Assembly (NCBI GenBank): GCA_963704725.1
Contig: OY969934.1
Coordinates: 2,304,001-2,368,000, forward strand
Direction of reading: 5' to 3'
Source: an uncultured Actinomycetes bacterium
Lineage (GTDB): Bacteria > Actinomycetota > UBA4738 > HRBIN12
Length of the DNA stretch: 64,000 bases
Numbering within the stretch: position 1 is the first letter of the stretch; every line of letters starts with the position of its first letter. Positions 30,194 to 39,911 of this stretch are shown here, piece by piece. A model generated the notes under the pieces. It saw nothing but the letters and a program-made list of their open reading frames with translations, was not told the DNA's origin and made no database searches. The translations under genes were made by a program, and so were the position numbers.

Positions 30194-32395
30194 TCAGGTG
30201 TTGAAGAGCCAGTCGATCGATCGCTCGAACCGCGTCCGGAGCTCGCGCAGGAGGGTGGGGTGGGCGTCCAGCTCCGGATCCTCCTCGATCACGCCGAACG
30301 CGCGCACCCGGGCCCGCTTCACCAGGTCGAGGTCCTCGGCCAGGCGGGCGAGCTTGAGGTCGGGAAGGCCCGACTGACGGACGTCGAACAGCGTCCCCTC
30401 GCCCCGCAGACGAAGGTCCTCGTCGGCCAGCGCGAACCCGTCGGTCGTCGACACCATCGCCTCGAGCCTCGCGCGCGCCTCCAGGTTGTCCGGCTTGCTC
30501 TCGTCGAAGAGCACGCAGGTGGAGCCGTGGGCCCCGCGCCCGATCCGCCCACGGAGCTGATGGAGCTGCGCGAGCCCGAACCGCTCGGCGTTCTCGACCA
30601 GCATCACGGTGGCGTTGGGGACGTCGACGCCGACCTCGATCACGGTCGTCGAGATGAGCAGGTGGTGCTCGCCCTCGCGGAACGCCTCCATCCGCCGCTC
30701 CTTCTCGGCGGGACGCATGCGTCCGTGGAGCAGGAGCACCGACAGCTCGGGGAAGACCTCCGTCGCCAACCGCTCGGCCTCGGCCTCCGCGGCCCGGACC
30801 TCCGTCCGGTTGGCCTCGTCGATCGCCGCGCAGACGACGAAGACCTGGCGGCCGGCCTCGACCTCCCGTCGCACGAGCGCGTAGGCGGCGTCCCGCTGCT
30901 CCGGCGTCCGGACGATCCTCGTCTCGACCGGCTGCCGGCCGGCCGGCATCTCGTCCAGGACCACCACGTCGAGATCGCCGTAGTAGGTGAGCGCCATCGT
31001 CCGCGGGATGGGCGTCGCCGTCATGATCAGGACGTCCGGCGATCCGCCCTTGCCCTTCAGCGCCATCCGCTGGTGCACGCCGAACCGGTGCTGCTCGTCG
31101 ATGACCGCCAGCGACAGGTCGGCGAACGTCACGCCCTCCTGAACGAGCGCGTGCGTCCCGACGACGAGGTCGATCTCGCCGCCGGCGATGGCCTCGAGCA
31201 CCCGCTCGCGATCTTTGCCCGTCACCGACGCCGTCAGGAGCGCGAACGAGATCCTCGGGGCGGGCTCCGCGGGCTCGTCCTCCAGCAGCGAGGCCTGGGT
31301 GTCGTCGGCTCGGGCCCGGACGGGGCGCTCGAGGAATGGCACGGCGCCGATGGGCCCGAGGAGCGACGTGAACGACCGGAGGTGCTGGCCGGCGAGGACC
31401 TCGGTCGGCGCCATCACGGCGGCCTGGTGGCCGCTCTGGATCGCGACGAGGGCGGCGTGCACCGCCACGAGGGTCTTGCCCGAGCCCACGTCGCCCTGCA
31501 GGAGCGCGTTCATCGGCCGGGGGCGCGCCATGGCCTCGCCGATCTCGCGCTCGGCGCGCCGCTGCGCGTCCGTCGGCTCGAACGGGAGCGCCGCCGCGAG
31601 CGCGCGCACGAGCTCGCCGTCGGCCCGGTGGGCCACGCCCCGCTCCGATCCCTCGACGCGGTGCTTGCGGAACGCGACCCCGAGCTCCAGCGCGAACAGC
31701 TCGTCGAACTTCAGCCGCTCCCGTGCCGCCTGCAGCTGCTCGGGGGTATCGGGGAAATGGACCCAGCGGATCGCCCTGTCGAAGGACACGAGGGATTCGG
31801 CCTCGACGATCTCGATCGGGAGCGGGTCGGGCACCGCCGGCAACCGTTCCACGGCGAAGTAGACGAGCTCCCGGACGGTTCGCGCGTAGACGCCTTCGGA
31901 GACGCGATGGATCGGGATGATCCGGCGGGTGTGGATGGCTCGATCCTCGTCCTTCAAGCTCTCCACGTCACCGTTCTTGAGTTGGAGCCGCCCGCCTCGA
32001 AGCTCGACGATGCCCCAGGCGGACACCTCTTCGCCCCCGGCGAACTGCTTCGCCTTCCACGGCTGGTTGAAGAAGACGATGTCGAGATAGCCCGTTCCGT
32101 CGAACAGGACGAGGGTGACGATCGACTTCCGGTACCGAGTGAGGCGGTGGTTGACCTTCGACACCTTCGCGAGGACCGTGACGTGCTGTCCGATACGAAG
32201 CTTCCCGATCGGGGCGGTGTGGGACCGATCGATGTAGGTGCGCGGATAGTGGTGCAGGAGCTGACGCACGGTCCGGATGCCGAGCGAGTCCGCCAGGACC
32301 TCGGCGGCGGGCGGCCCCTTGGTCCGGAACCCCGCGCGCCGCTTGGCGACTTGCGGGTCGATCGCCGACAGGGGCGAGTCGAGGGTCAACATCAT
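30194..32395 (-). CDS. recG: ATP-dependent DNA helicase RecG
   Basis: QGDVGSGKT, DEQHRFG, MTATPIPRT, QLHQLRGRIGRG. Confidence 0.98.
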   Translation of the reverse strand: MMLTLDSPLSAIDPQVAKRRAGFRTKGPPAAEVLADSLGIRTVRQLLHHYPRTYIDRSHTAPIGKLRIGQHVTVLAKVSKVNHRLTRYRKSIVTLVLFDGTGYLDIVFFNQPWKAKQFAGGEEVSAWGIVELRGGRLQLKNGDVESLKDEDRAIHTRRIIPIHRVSEGVYARTVRELVYFAVERLPAVPDPLPIEIVEAESLVSFDRAIRWVHFPDTPEQLQAARERLKFDELFALELGVAFRKHRVEGSERGVAHRADGELVRALAAALPFEPTDAQRRAEREIGEAMARPRPMNALLQGDVGSGKTLVAVHAALVAIQSGHQAAVMAPTEVLAGQHLRSFTSLLGPIGAVPFLERPVRARADDTQASLLEDEPAEPAPRISFALLTASVTGKDRERVLEAIAGGEIDLVVGTHALVQEGVTFADLSLAVIDEQHRFGVHQRMALKGKGGSPDVLIMTATPIPRTMALTYYGDLDVVVLDEMPAGRQPVETRIVRTPEQRDAAYALVRREVEAGRQVFVVCAAIDEANRTEVRAAEAEAERLATEVFPELSVLLLHGRMRPAEKERRMEAFREGEHHLLISTTVIEVGVDVPNATVMLVENAERFGLAQLHQLRGRIGRGAHGSTCVLFDESKPDNLEARARLEAMVSTTDGFALADEDLRLRGEGTLFDVRQSGLPDLKLARLAEDLDLVKRARVRAFGVIEEDPELDAHPTLLRELRTRFERSIDWLFNT

Positions 32396-32456
32396 CGACG
32401 CAGAACCGCCCCCGCGCCCGCGCCGTAGACCATGCGTGGGTTCTACCATGCGCCCG

Positions 32457-33011
32457 GTGACGCACCCCCGGTTCGCGCTCGCAGCCGTGGCCGCGGCGTT
32501 CCTCGCGGCCTCGTGCGCCGGCGCCGCCCCGGGCGGTGGCGCTTCGGGGGCGACCGGTCCGGTCCTGCCCGCCGCGAACGCGACGACCGCGCCGCTCCTG
32601 CCGACCGACGCCCTCGCGCTGCCCGAGCTCGATCTCGCCGCGTACGGCCGCCTGATCGACCAGCTCCACGGCACGCCGGTCGTCGTGAACTTCTGGGGCT
32701 CGTGGTGCGGCCCATGCCGGGACGAGGCCGCACAGCTCGCTGCGGCACACCACCGGTTCGGAGACCGGGTGCAGTTCCTCGGCGTCGACATCCTCGACGC
32801 GCGCGAGAGCGCCCGCGGGTTCATGCACGAGTTCGGCTGGACCTACCCCAGCGTGTTCGACCCCGGCGGCGCGATCCGCGACGGGCTCGGATTGCTCGGC
32901 CAGCCCGTGACGCTCTTCTACGACCGCAACGGCCAGATCGCCGATCGATGGATCGGGCCGATCCCGCAGGACGAGCTTCGCATCCGCGTCGAACGGCTGG
33001 TGGCGGGGTAG
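32457..33011 (+). CDS. TlpA-family thiol-disulfide oxidoreductase lipoprotein
   Basis: Lipobox-like [17 protein letters not shown], cis-Pro QPVT. Start is 32448 or 32457. Confidence 0.9.
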   Translation: MTHPRFALAAVAAAFLAASCAGAAPGGGASGATGPVLPAANATTAPLLPTDALALPELDLAAYGRLIDQLHGTPVVVNFWGSWCGPCRDEAAQLAAAHHRFGDRVQFLGVDILDARESARGFMHEFGWTYPSVFDPGGAIRDGLGLLGQPVTLFYDRNGQIADRWIGPIPQDELRIRVERLVAG

Positions 33012-33040
33012 CGCAACCCGTCTGCTACCCTTCCACGGTC

Positions 33041-33232
33041 ATGGCCGCCGTCTGCGACATCTGCGGGAAGAAGCCGTTCTTCGGCATGCGCGTGTCGCAT
33101 TCCCACCGCCGGACGCCGCGACGGTGGAACCCCAACGTCCAGCGGGTCCGAGCCCTCGTCGACGGCACGCCCAAGCGCGTGAACGTCTGCACGAGCTGCC
33201 TCAAGGCCGGCAAGGTCCAGCGGGCCATCTGA
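33041..33232 (+). CDS. rpmB: 50S ribosomal protein L28 (Zn-binding form)
   Basis: [25 protein letters not shown]...[11 protein letters not shown]. Confidence 0.97.
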   Translation: MAAVCDICGKKPFFGMRVSHSHRRTPRRWNPNVQRVRALVDGTPKRVNVCTSCLKAGKVQRAI

Positions 33233-33262
33233 GGACGCGCTCGCGACGTCGCGAGCGTCCCG

Positions 33263-33694
33263 TCACGCCGACTCGGCCTCCAACGCCGATCGCTGCGCCC
33301 GCGAGATCTCGATCGCTCGCGTCACCGCGGCACGAAGGGCCCCGGCACCGGTCCCCTTGACGACGTGCTCCGTGGCGCCGGCCTGCACGGACCGCCGCAT
33401 GGACTCGGCGTCCTCGTGCACGGACATGACGACGACCTGCGTCTCGGGATGCCGCTCCCGGATCTGCGCGATCGCGTCGATCCCGTCGAGTACGGGCATG
33501 CACAGGTCGAGCACGACGACGTCGGGCGCCAGCTCGTCGGCGAGCCTGACGGCCGTTCCCCCGTCCTCGGCCTCGCCGACGATGAGCAGCTCCGAGCTGG
33601 AGAGCACCACGCGAACGGCCTCTCGGATCGTCTCGTTGTCGTCGGCGACGAGCACGCGAGCTTCCGGGACCTCGGTTCGGGCCTTCGGGTCCAT
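33263..33694 (-). CDS. Single-domain response regulator (NarL-type receiver, no HTH)
   Basis: VLVADDN, PDVVVLDLCMPVLDG, VVMS, HVVKG. Confidence 0.85.
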   Translation of the reverse strand: MDPKARTEVPEARVLVADDNETIREAVRVVLSSSELLIVGEAEDGGTAVRLADELAPDVVVLDLCMPVLDGIDAIAQIRERHPETQVVVMSVHEDAESMRRSVQAGATEHVVKGTGAGALRAAVTRAIEISRAQRSALEAESA

Positions 33695-33816
33695 CGGGCA
33701 TCCCTCCGTCTCGGCCTTCGCTCTGAGCATCGGCATCGCGACGCTCGCCGGCACAGAGGGTTCGGCACGCAAAACGCGGCTGTGGGAAAGCCCGTCGCGC
33801 GCCGGGCCGACGGCGT

Positions 33817-34635
33817 TCAGCCGATGCCCGGGACGCCGAACAGCGGATCCACGGGCCCGATGCCGTGGCCGATGGCCAGGGCGTGCCGGATGGCCTCGGT
33901 CACGAAGGCCTTGCCCAGCCTGACGGCCTCCTCGAGCGGACGGCCCCGCGCCAGGTGGGCGGCGATCGCCGAGGACAGGACGCAACCGGTGCCGTGGGTG
34001 TTCGGGGTGTCGATGCGCTCGCCGCGGATCCACTCGAGGTCGGTGCCGTCGAAGAACAGGTCGTCGGCGCCCTCGCCCCCCTCCAGGTGGCCCCCCTTCA
34101 CCAGGACGGCCGAAGGCCCGAGCGCGAGGATCGCCCTGGCGGCCTCGGCCATCTGCGCCGGCGAGTCGACGGATCGCCCGGTGAGCCCCGCGGCCTCCGG
34201 GAGGTTCGGCGTCACGAGCGTCGCCAGCGGCAGGATCCGCTCGCGCAGCGCCGCGACCGCGTCCTCCGCCAACAGGTGGTGTCCGTGCTTGGAGACGAAC
34301 ACGGGGTCGACGACGAGGGTTCGGATGCCGGTCTCGGCGACGGCGTCGGCGACGGCCTCGACGATCTCCGTCGAGGCGAGCATCCCGGTCTTGGCGGCGT
34401 CGACGCCGATGTCGGTCCCCACGGCGCGGATCTGGTCTCTCACCGTCCGAGGCGACAGGACCTCGTAGCTCCACACGCCCGTCGTGTTCTGCACGGTCAC
34501 CGCCGTGATCGCCGTCATGCCGAACACCCCGAGCGCGCTGAACGTCTTGAGGTCGGCCTGGATCCCGGCCCCGCCGCCGGAATCGGAGCCCGCGATCGAC
34601 AGCGCACGCGGGCGCGGTGCGGCGGGATCGCTCAT
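33817..34635 (-). CDS. thiD: Hydroxymethylpyrimidine/phosphomethylpyrimidine kinase
   Basis: [34 protein letters not shown]. Confidence 0.96.
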   Translation of the reverse strand: MSDPAAPRPRALSIAGSDSGGGAGIQADLKTFSALGVFGMTAITAVTVQNTTGVWSYEVLSPRTVRDQIRAVGTDIGVDAAKTGMLASTEIVEAVADAVAETGIRTLVVDPVFVSKHGHHLLAEDAVAALRERILPLATLVTPNLPEAAGLTGRSVDSPAQMAEAARAILALGPSAVLVKGGHLEGGEGADDLFFDGTDLEWIRGERIDTPNTHGTGCVLSSAIAAHLARGRPLEEAVRLGKAFVTEAIRHALAIGHGIGPVDPLFGVPGIG

Positions 34636-35639
34636 GCGAAGTGGTCCCACCCAGCGGGCTCGAGCGGCGTCTCGGATCCGTCCGGACCCACCGCGACCAT
34701 CCCGGGTCCCTCGACGACCGCGCCGACGACCGTGAGCGAGACGCCGAACCGCTCGTCGAGGACCTCCTCCGCCACCGCGGCGTCGGCCGGCGCCAGCGTC
34801 GCGAGCAGCTCGTAGTCCTCGCCTCCGCCGATCGCGAGCGCCAGCGGATCGAGCTCGAGCACGGCGGCGCCGTCGCGCAGGGCGGGGGCGATCGGCACGT
34901 CCGACGTCCGCACGCTCGCCCCGACGCCGCTGTCGCGGCACATCCGGGAGAGGTCCTTGGCCAGGCCGTCGGACAGGTCCATCATCGCCGTCGCGCCGCA
35001 GCGCGCGAGCGTCTGGCCCTCGCCGACCCGGGCCACGGGCCGGGCGAGCGCGTCGAGCAGCAGGCGGCCCCACGGGCGCGAGAGCGCCTCGGCCGCCTTG
35101 GGAGCCGCCGCCCGGGACAGGGCAAGCCCTCCCGCGGCAGCCCCGAGCGACCCCGTGACCGCGATCAGGTCGCCGGGGCGGGCGCCCGAGCGCGTCACGG
35201 CCCGGCCCGGCGCGACCTCGCCCGCCACCGTGATCGAGACGATCACCAGGTCGCCCCGGTTCGTGTCGCCTCCGACCAGCGAGAGCGCGTACTCGGTGCA
35301 CGCGTCGTGCATCCCGCCGTAGAGCTCCATCACCCACGGCACCTCCACGTCGGCCGTGAGCGCGATCGACGCGAGCGCCGCCCGGGGGCTCGCGCCCATC
35401 GCCGCGATGTCCGAGACGTTCACCGTCACGGCCTTCGCGCCGAGGTCGCGTGCCGAGATCGAGGCCAGCTCGAAGTGGACGCCCTCGACGAGAAGATCCG
35501 TGGTGAGCACCAGCTGGCCGCCCGTCGGCGCGAGCACGGCGGCGTCGTCGCCGAGCCCGACGACGATGGAGGGGTCGTCGACGGAGACCACCCGCGAGAT
35601 CGCGGCGATCAGCTCGTCCTCGGAGAGCTCCATACGCAT
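34632..35639 (-). CDS. thiL: Thiamine-monophosphate kinase
   Basis: [33 protein letters not shown]. Confidence 0.96.
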   Translation of the reverse strand: MRMELSEDELIAAISRVVSVDDPSIVVGLGDDAAVLAPTGGQLVLTTDLLVEGVHFELASISARDLGAKAVTVNVSDIAAMGASPRAALASIALTADVEVPWVMELYGGMHDACTEYALSLVGGDTNRGDLVIVSITVAGEVAPGRAVTRSGARPGDLIAVTGSLGAAAGGLALSRAAAPKAAEALSRPWGRLLLDALARPVARVGEGQTLARCGATAMMDLSDGLAKDLSRMCRDSGVGASVRTSDVPIAPALRDGAAVLELDPLALAIGGGEDYELLATLAPADAAVAEEVLDERFGVSLTVVGAVVEGPGMVAVGPDGSETPLEPAGWDHFA

Positions 35640-35767
35640 CGTCGGGTCGTCCCCGCTCCGGCTGTCCGGACCGTCGGAGGGCCCGGGGGGCCCGGTTGGG
35701 TAGGATACGTGCGCCCTGGGCAGCGTCAGGCCCGCCCTCGGATACCCCGCCACGAAGGAGCACCCCG

Positions 35768-37294
35768 GTGAACGTCCGTCCGTTGAACATCCAGGCCCGC
35801 GTGGTCCACGACAACCCCTCCGGCGAGGAGCTTCGCGCCTTCACCGAGCGGATGCCGACCGCGCGGGTGACGGAGTTCGGCAACGTCAACGTCCAGACCG
35901 TCGTGACGTCGCGGAGCGCGGACAGCACGTACGTCGTGGGCGAGCGCTCCTCGGGCAAGACCATGACCAGGGAGGAGTTCGACCGCATCGCCGCGATGCA
36001 GGACGAGTACCTGCGGGACCAGGAGGTCGTCGTCGTCGACGGGTACATCGGGAACGATCCGGACTTCCGCACGCGCGCCCGCCTCACGATCGAGAAGGCC
36101 AACGCGAACGTCGCGGGGATGCAGCAGAAGCTGTACTTCCCGGCGACGGAGGCGGCCGATCCCGAGGTCCACGTCGTCTACACGCCCAACCTCGCGGCCC
36201 CCGGGTACCCCGACGAGCGCCTGATCGCGGTCGACCTGGAGCGGGGCCTGACCCGCGTCCTGCACTCCGACTACTTCGGGGAGTCGAAGAAGGGCGGCCT
36301 CCGGATGTGGAACAAGAAGGTCTACGACCTCGGCGGGCTGTCGCTCCACGCCGGCCTGAAGGTCATCCCCACCCACGACGGCGAGAAGGTCTTCATGATC
36401 ATCGGGCTGTCGGGCACGGGAAAGACGACCACCACGTTCACCACGCAGAACGAGTCCCTCCCCGTGCAGGACGACTTCGTCGCCCTCATGCCCGGCGGCG
36501 TGTCGCACGGGTCGGAGAACGGCTGCTTCGCCAAGACGTTCAGCCTCGACCCCGACTTCGAGCCGAACATCTACAACGCCGTCGTGAAGCCCACGACGTA
36601 CCTGGAGAACGTCTATCAGGACGAGCGCGAGAAGGTGAACTTCTTCGAGGAGAGCTACACGCAGAACGGCCGGGCCGTCTTCCGGATGGACGATCTCGCG
36701 CGCTTCCGCGAAGCGACGGCGGTGGGCACGGTGGACTACCTGTTGATCCTCAACCGCAACGAGAACATCATCCCCGCCGTCGCCAGGCTCGATCAGGAGC
36801 AGGCCGCCGCGTACTTCATGCTCGGCGAGACCACCGGGACCTCCGCGGGCGGCGCCGCGGAGGCCGGCAAGTTCCTCCGGGTGCCCGGGACGAACCCCTT
36901 CTTCCCGCTGCCGCACGGGCTGCAGGGCAACCGGATCCTCGAGCTGTTGGCCACGCATCCCATCGAGACGTACCTGCTGAACACCGGCCGGGTGGGCGGC
37001 AAGGACGGCGACGACCGCTCGAAGAAGGTGAAGATCCCTCACACCTCGGCGTGCGTGAAGGGGATCGCCGAGCAGACGATCTCGTGGGCGGAGGACGAGG
37101 ACTTCGGCTACCTCGTCGCCGACCGCGTCCCCGACTTCGACGACGGCGAGCTGCTCCGCCCGCGAACCCTGTACGAGCGCCAGGGGCGGATGCTCGAGTA
37201 CCGCGACATGGTGGAGCGCCTCAAGAGCGAGCGCGTGCAGCGGCTCGAGGAGTTCCCGGAGCTCACGCCGGAGATCGTGAAGGCGGCCGGCTAG
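35768..37294 (+). CDS. pckA: Phosphoenolpyruvate carboxykinase (ATP-type)
   Basis: YFGESKKG, SLHAG, GLSGTGKTT, QDD, ENGCFAKT, TQNGR, YLLNTG. GAAGGAG RBS. Confidence 0.88.
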   Translation: MNVRPLNIQARVVHDNPSGEELRAFTERMPTARVTEFGNVNVQTVVTSRSADSTYVVGERSSGKTMTREEFDRIAAMQDEYLRDQEVVVVDGYIGNDPDFRTRARLTIEKANANVAGMQQKLYFPATEAADPEVHVVYTPNLAAPGYPDERLIAVDLERGLTRVLHSDYFGESKKGGLRMWNKKVYDLGGLSLHAGLKVIPTHDGEKVFMIIGLSGTGKTTTTFTTQNESLPVQDDFVALMPGGVSHGSENGCFAKTFSLDPDFEPNIYNAVVKPTTYLENVYQDEREKVNFFEESYTQNGRAVFRMDDLARFREATAVGTVDYLLILNRNENIIPAVARLDQEQAAAYFMLGETTGTSAGGAAEAGKFLRVPGTNPFFPLPHGLQGNRILELLATHPIETYLLNTGRVGGKDGDDRSKKVKIPHTSACVKGIAEQTISWAEDEDFGYLVADRVPDFDDGELLRPRTLYERQGRMLEYRDMVERLKSERVQRLEEFPELTPEIVKAAG

Positions 37295-37620
37295 TCCGTC
37301 CGTGGGTCCGCCGGCTCCCGGTGCCCCAGGAACCAGCCGGCCACGAACTGCATACCGGCTAGCGCGAGCGGAACGACGAGGTACCAGCGGAACGGGTCGA
37401 GCTCGTCCATCGCGGGTTGCCCGTGCGCGTCCACCGAGGCGTAGATCAGGAACAGCCCGGCGAGCGAGAACCACAGGCCGACCCGCCCCGTCAGGTACAT
37501 CGCGTACAGCAGATGATCCACGACGTCGGCGCCCTCGAACCGCCGCCTCGACCACGCCCACAACGACCGGAGGCCGGCCAGTCCCAGCAGCCCGGCCAGC
37601 GAGAGCTCGACGGCCTTCAC
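37291..37620 (-). CDS. Small hypothetical membrane protein (about 3 TM)
   Basis: Hydrophobic segments. GTGA overlap with the upstream gene. Confidence 0.7.
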   Translation of the reverse strand: MKAVELSLAGLLGLAGLRSLWAWSRRRFEGADVVDHLLYAMYLTGRVGLWFSLAGLFLIYASVDAHGQPAMDELDPFRWYLVVPLALAGMQFVAGWFLGHREPADPRTD

Positions 37621-38261
37621 CCCGCGTCACCCCGGACCCGTGCCAGCGCGGCCACGACCTCGTCGTCCGTCGTCTGGTCGAAGCGCCGGTACCACTCGCC
37701 CACCGCGAGGAAGGGCGACGGTGTCGCCAGGACCACGATGCGATCCGCCTCGTCGCGCAGGCGGGCGAGCGACTGGGACGGCGCGACCGGGACGGCCAGC
37801 ACCACCTCGGCGGCGCCGCGCGATCTCGCCCACCGGAGCGCCGCGGCCGCCGTCCCCCCGGTGGCGATCCCGTCGTCGACCACGATCGCGATCCTGCCCG
37901 CCACGTCGAGCGGAGGACGGCCCGCGCGGTAGGCGTGCTGGCGGCGCTCGATCTCCTGCTCCTGGGCCTCGATCTCCCGGTCGAGGTACGCGGGGGCGAC
38001 GTGGAGCGCGACGATCGTCCGCTCGTCGAGCACCCGGACGCCGGGCGCGACCGCGCCGATCCCCAGCTCCGGGTTCCCCGGCGCGCCGATCTTCCGCGGG
38101 ACCACGACGTCCAGAGGCGCTCCCAGCGCTCGCGCCACGACCTCCCCGACGAGGACGCCGCCCCGGGGGATCGACAGGATCACGACGTCGCTGCCGGCGA
38201 ACTCCGCGAGAGCCTCGGCAAGCCGCGCGCCGGCCTCCGCGCGGTCGGTGAACACGGTCAC
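37617..38261 (-). CDS. Type I phosphoribosyltransferase family protein
   Basis: FTDRAEAG, IPRGGV, RKIGAPGNPE, PRPP loop IVVDDGIATG. Confidence 0.92.
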   Translation of the reverse strand: MTVFTDRAEAGARLAEALAEFAGSDVVILSIPRGGVLVGEVVARALGAPLDVVVPRKIGAPGNPELGIGAVAPGVRVLDERTIVALHVAPAYLDREIEAQEQEIERRQHAYRAGRPPLDVAGRIAIVVDDGIATGGTAAAALRWARSRGAAEVVLAVPVAPSQSLARLRDEADRIVVLATPSPFLAVGEWYRRFDQTTDDEVVAALARVRGDAG

Positions 38262-38413
38262 GCCTCCTCCATCTCTCGCCGGGCCTGCTCCTCCTCGAGC
38301 TCTCGCCGACGATCGCGGATCACTCTGGCCGGAGGCGGCATCGGCCTGCGGATCCGGCGGTAGGCGGCCAGGGGATCCGGCTTGCGCTTCGAGCGCTTCT
38401 TCCGCTCGGCCAC
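38258..38413 (-). CDS. Small basic protein (51 aa), absent from the ORF track
   Basis: MAERKKRSKRKPDPLAAYRRIRRPMPPPARVIRDRRRELEEEQARREMEEA. Stop overlaps the next start (GTGA). Confidence 0.6.
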   Translation of the reverse strand: MAERKKRSKRKPDPLAAYRRIRRPMPPPARVIRDRRRELEEEQARREMEEA

Positions 38414-38536
38414 CCGTCCATCCTCTCACTCGGTCCGGCCGGCGGCGTCCCGAAGGCGCTCCGCCGCGGTTTGCCGCCGCCGCGGGAGGCTGCGTAGCAT
38501 GGCCCTCGGACGAGGCCCCCAACGAGGGAGGGACAC

Positions 38537-38770
38537 GTGGTTCAGGCGTACATCCTGATCCAGACGGAGGTCGGCAAGGCAGCGCAGGTCGCCAAGGAGG
38601 TCCGCGACATCCCGGGCGTGACGGAAGCCGAGGACGTCACCGGACCGTACGACGTCATCGTTCGCGCCGAGGCCAAGAACGTCGACGAGCTGGGCAAGCT
38701 CGTCGTGGCGCGCATCCAGGGCGTCGAGGGCATCACGCGCACGCTGACCTGCCCGGTCGTCCACCTCTAG
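38537..38770 (+). CDS. Lrp/AsnC ligand-binding-domain-only protein
   Basis: MVQAYILIQTEVGK...VTGPYDVI...ITRTLTCPVV. Conserved near thiL/ddl in actinobacteria. Confidence 0.92.
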   Translation: MVQAYILIQTEVGKAAQVAKEVRDIPGVTEAEDVTGPYDVIVRAEAKNVDELGKLVVARIQGVEGITRTLTCPVVHL

Positions 38771-38807
38771 GAGAGAGCCAACCCGGGGGCCGCGGAGCGC
38801 GCCGAGC

Positions 38808-39911
38808 TCAGACCGTTCCCTTCTTCCGCTCGGCCTCGTGCCGCTCGACGGCCAGCTCGATCAGCCGGTCGACGAGCTCCGGGTAGGACACGCCCGAGGC
38901 CTCCCACAGCTTGGGGTACATCGAGATGCTCGTGAACCCCGGGATCGTGTTCACCTCGTTCAGGAACACGCGGCCGTCGGGCGCCAGGAAGAAGTCGACG
39001 CGCGCCATCCCGGCGCAGTCGATCGCGCCGAAGGCGGCGATCGCCAGGCGCTGGACCTCCTCCAGCGTCTGCCCGTCGAGCGGTGCCGGGATGACGAGCT
39101 CCGCGCCCGCCTCGTCGAGGTACTTGGCCTCGTAGTCGTAGAACTCGTGGCCGCGTGGGACGATCTCCCCCGCCACCGAGGCCACGGGGTCGTCGTTGCC
39201 GAGCACGGCGCACTCGATCTCGCGAGCGCCCTCGACGGCCCGCTCGATCACGGCCTTGCGGCCGTAGCGGAACGTCTCCTCGAGCGCCCGTCGGAGCTCG
39301 TCCGGCCCGTGGACCTTGGTGATGCCGACCGAGGAGCCCAGCGCGGCCGGCTTGGCGAACAGCGGGTAGCCGAGGTGCTCGGCGCCCGCCGAAACCCGTT
39401 CGGCGTCCTCCTCCCAGTCGCGCTCGTGGACGACCGCGTACTCGACCACGGGGATGCCGGCGTCCACGAACAGCACCTTCTGCACGGCCTTGTCCATCCC
39501 GACGGCCGAGCCCAGCACGCCCGCCCCCACGTACGGGACGCCGGCCATCTCCAGGAACCCTTGGATCGACCCGTCCTCGCCGAAGGGACCGTGCATCACC
39601 GGGAAGACGACGTCGATCTCGGTGCGTGACCCGTGCGGGCCCACCAGGGCCTGGGCGCCCGGACCCTGGTCGAGGGCGACCTCGTCCCCCGCCCCCGCCT
39701 CGACGCCGGGGAGCGCCGACGGCTCCCCGGCCGGGGCCAGGGCGGGCGGGCCGGCGGGCATGAGGAGCCATCGCCCCCGCTTGGTGACGCCGATGGGGAT
39801 CGCCTCGTACCGCTCCGGGTCCAGGGCCGCGAGCACCGAGCGGGCGGAGATGACCGAGATCTCGTGCTCGGCCGACCGCCCGCCGAACAGGACCACGACC
39901 CGGCGCTTCAC
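38808..39911 (-). CDS. ddl: D-alanine--D-alanine ligase
   Basis: FGGRSAEHEIS, HGPFGEDG, GSSVG, FYDYEAKY, NEVNTIPGFT. Confidence 0.97.
   Translation of the reverse strand: MKRRVVVLFGGRSAEHEISVISARSVLAALDPERYEAIPIGVTKRGRWLLMPAGPPALAPAGEPSALPGVEAGAGDEVALDQGPGAQALVGPHGSRTEIDVVFPVMHGPFGEDGSIQGFLEMAGVPYVGAGVLGSAVGMDKAVQKVLFVDAGIPVVEYAVVHERDWEEDAERVSAGAEHLGYPLFAKPAALGSSVGITKVHGPDELRRALEETFRYGRKAVIERAVEGAREIECAVLGNDDPVASVAGEIVPRGHEFYDYEAKYLDEAGAELVIPAPLDGQTLEEVQRLAIAAFGAIDCAGMARVDFFLAPDGRVFLNEVNTIPGFTSISMYPKLWEASGVSYPELVDRLIELAVERHEAERKKGTV

Noticed and set aside
33695-33816. c-di-GMP-I riboswitch (GCAAAAC...GGGAAAGCCC)
   Set aside because: The resemblance is on the strand opposite the downstream gene, and the second stem is missing.
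35640-35767. TPP riboswitch upstream of thiL-thiD
   Set aside because: No CUGAGA or ACCUGAU core on the minus strand.
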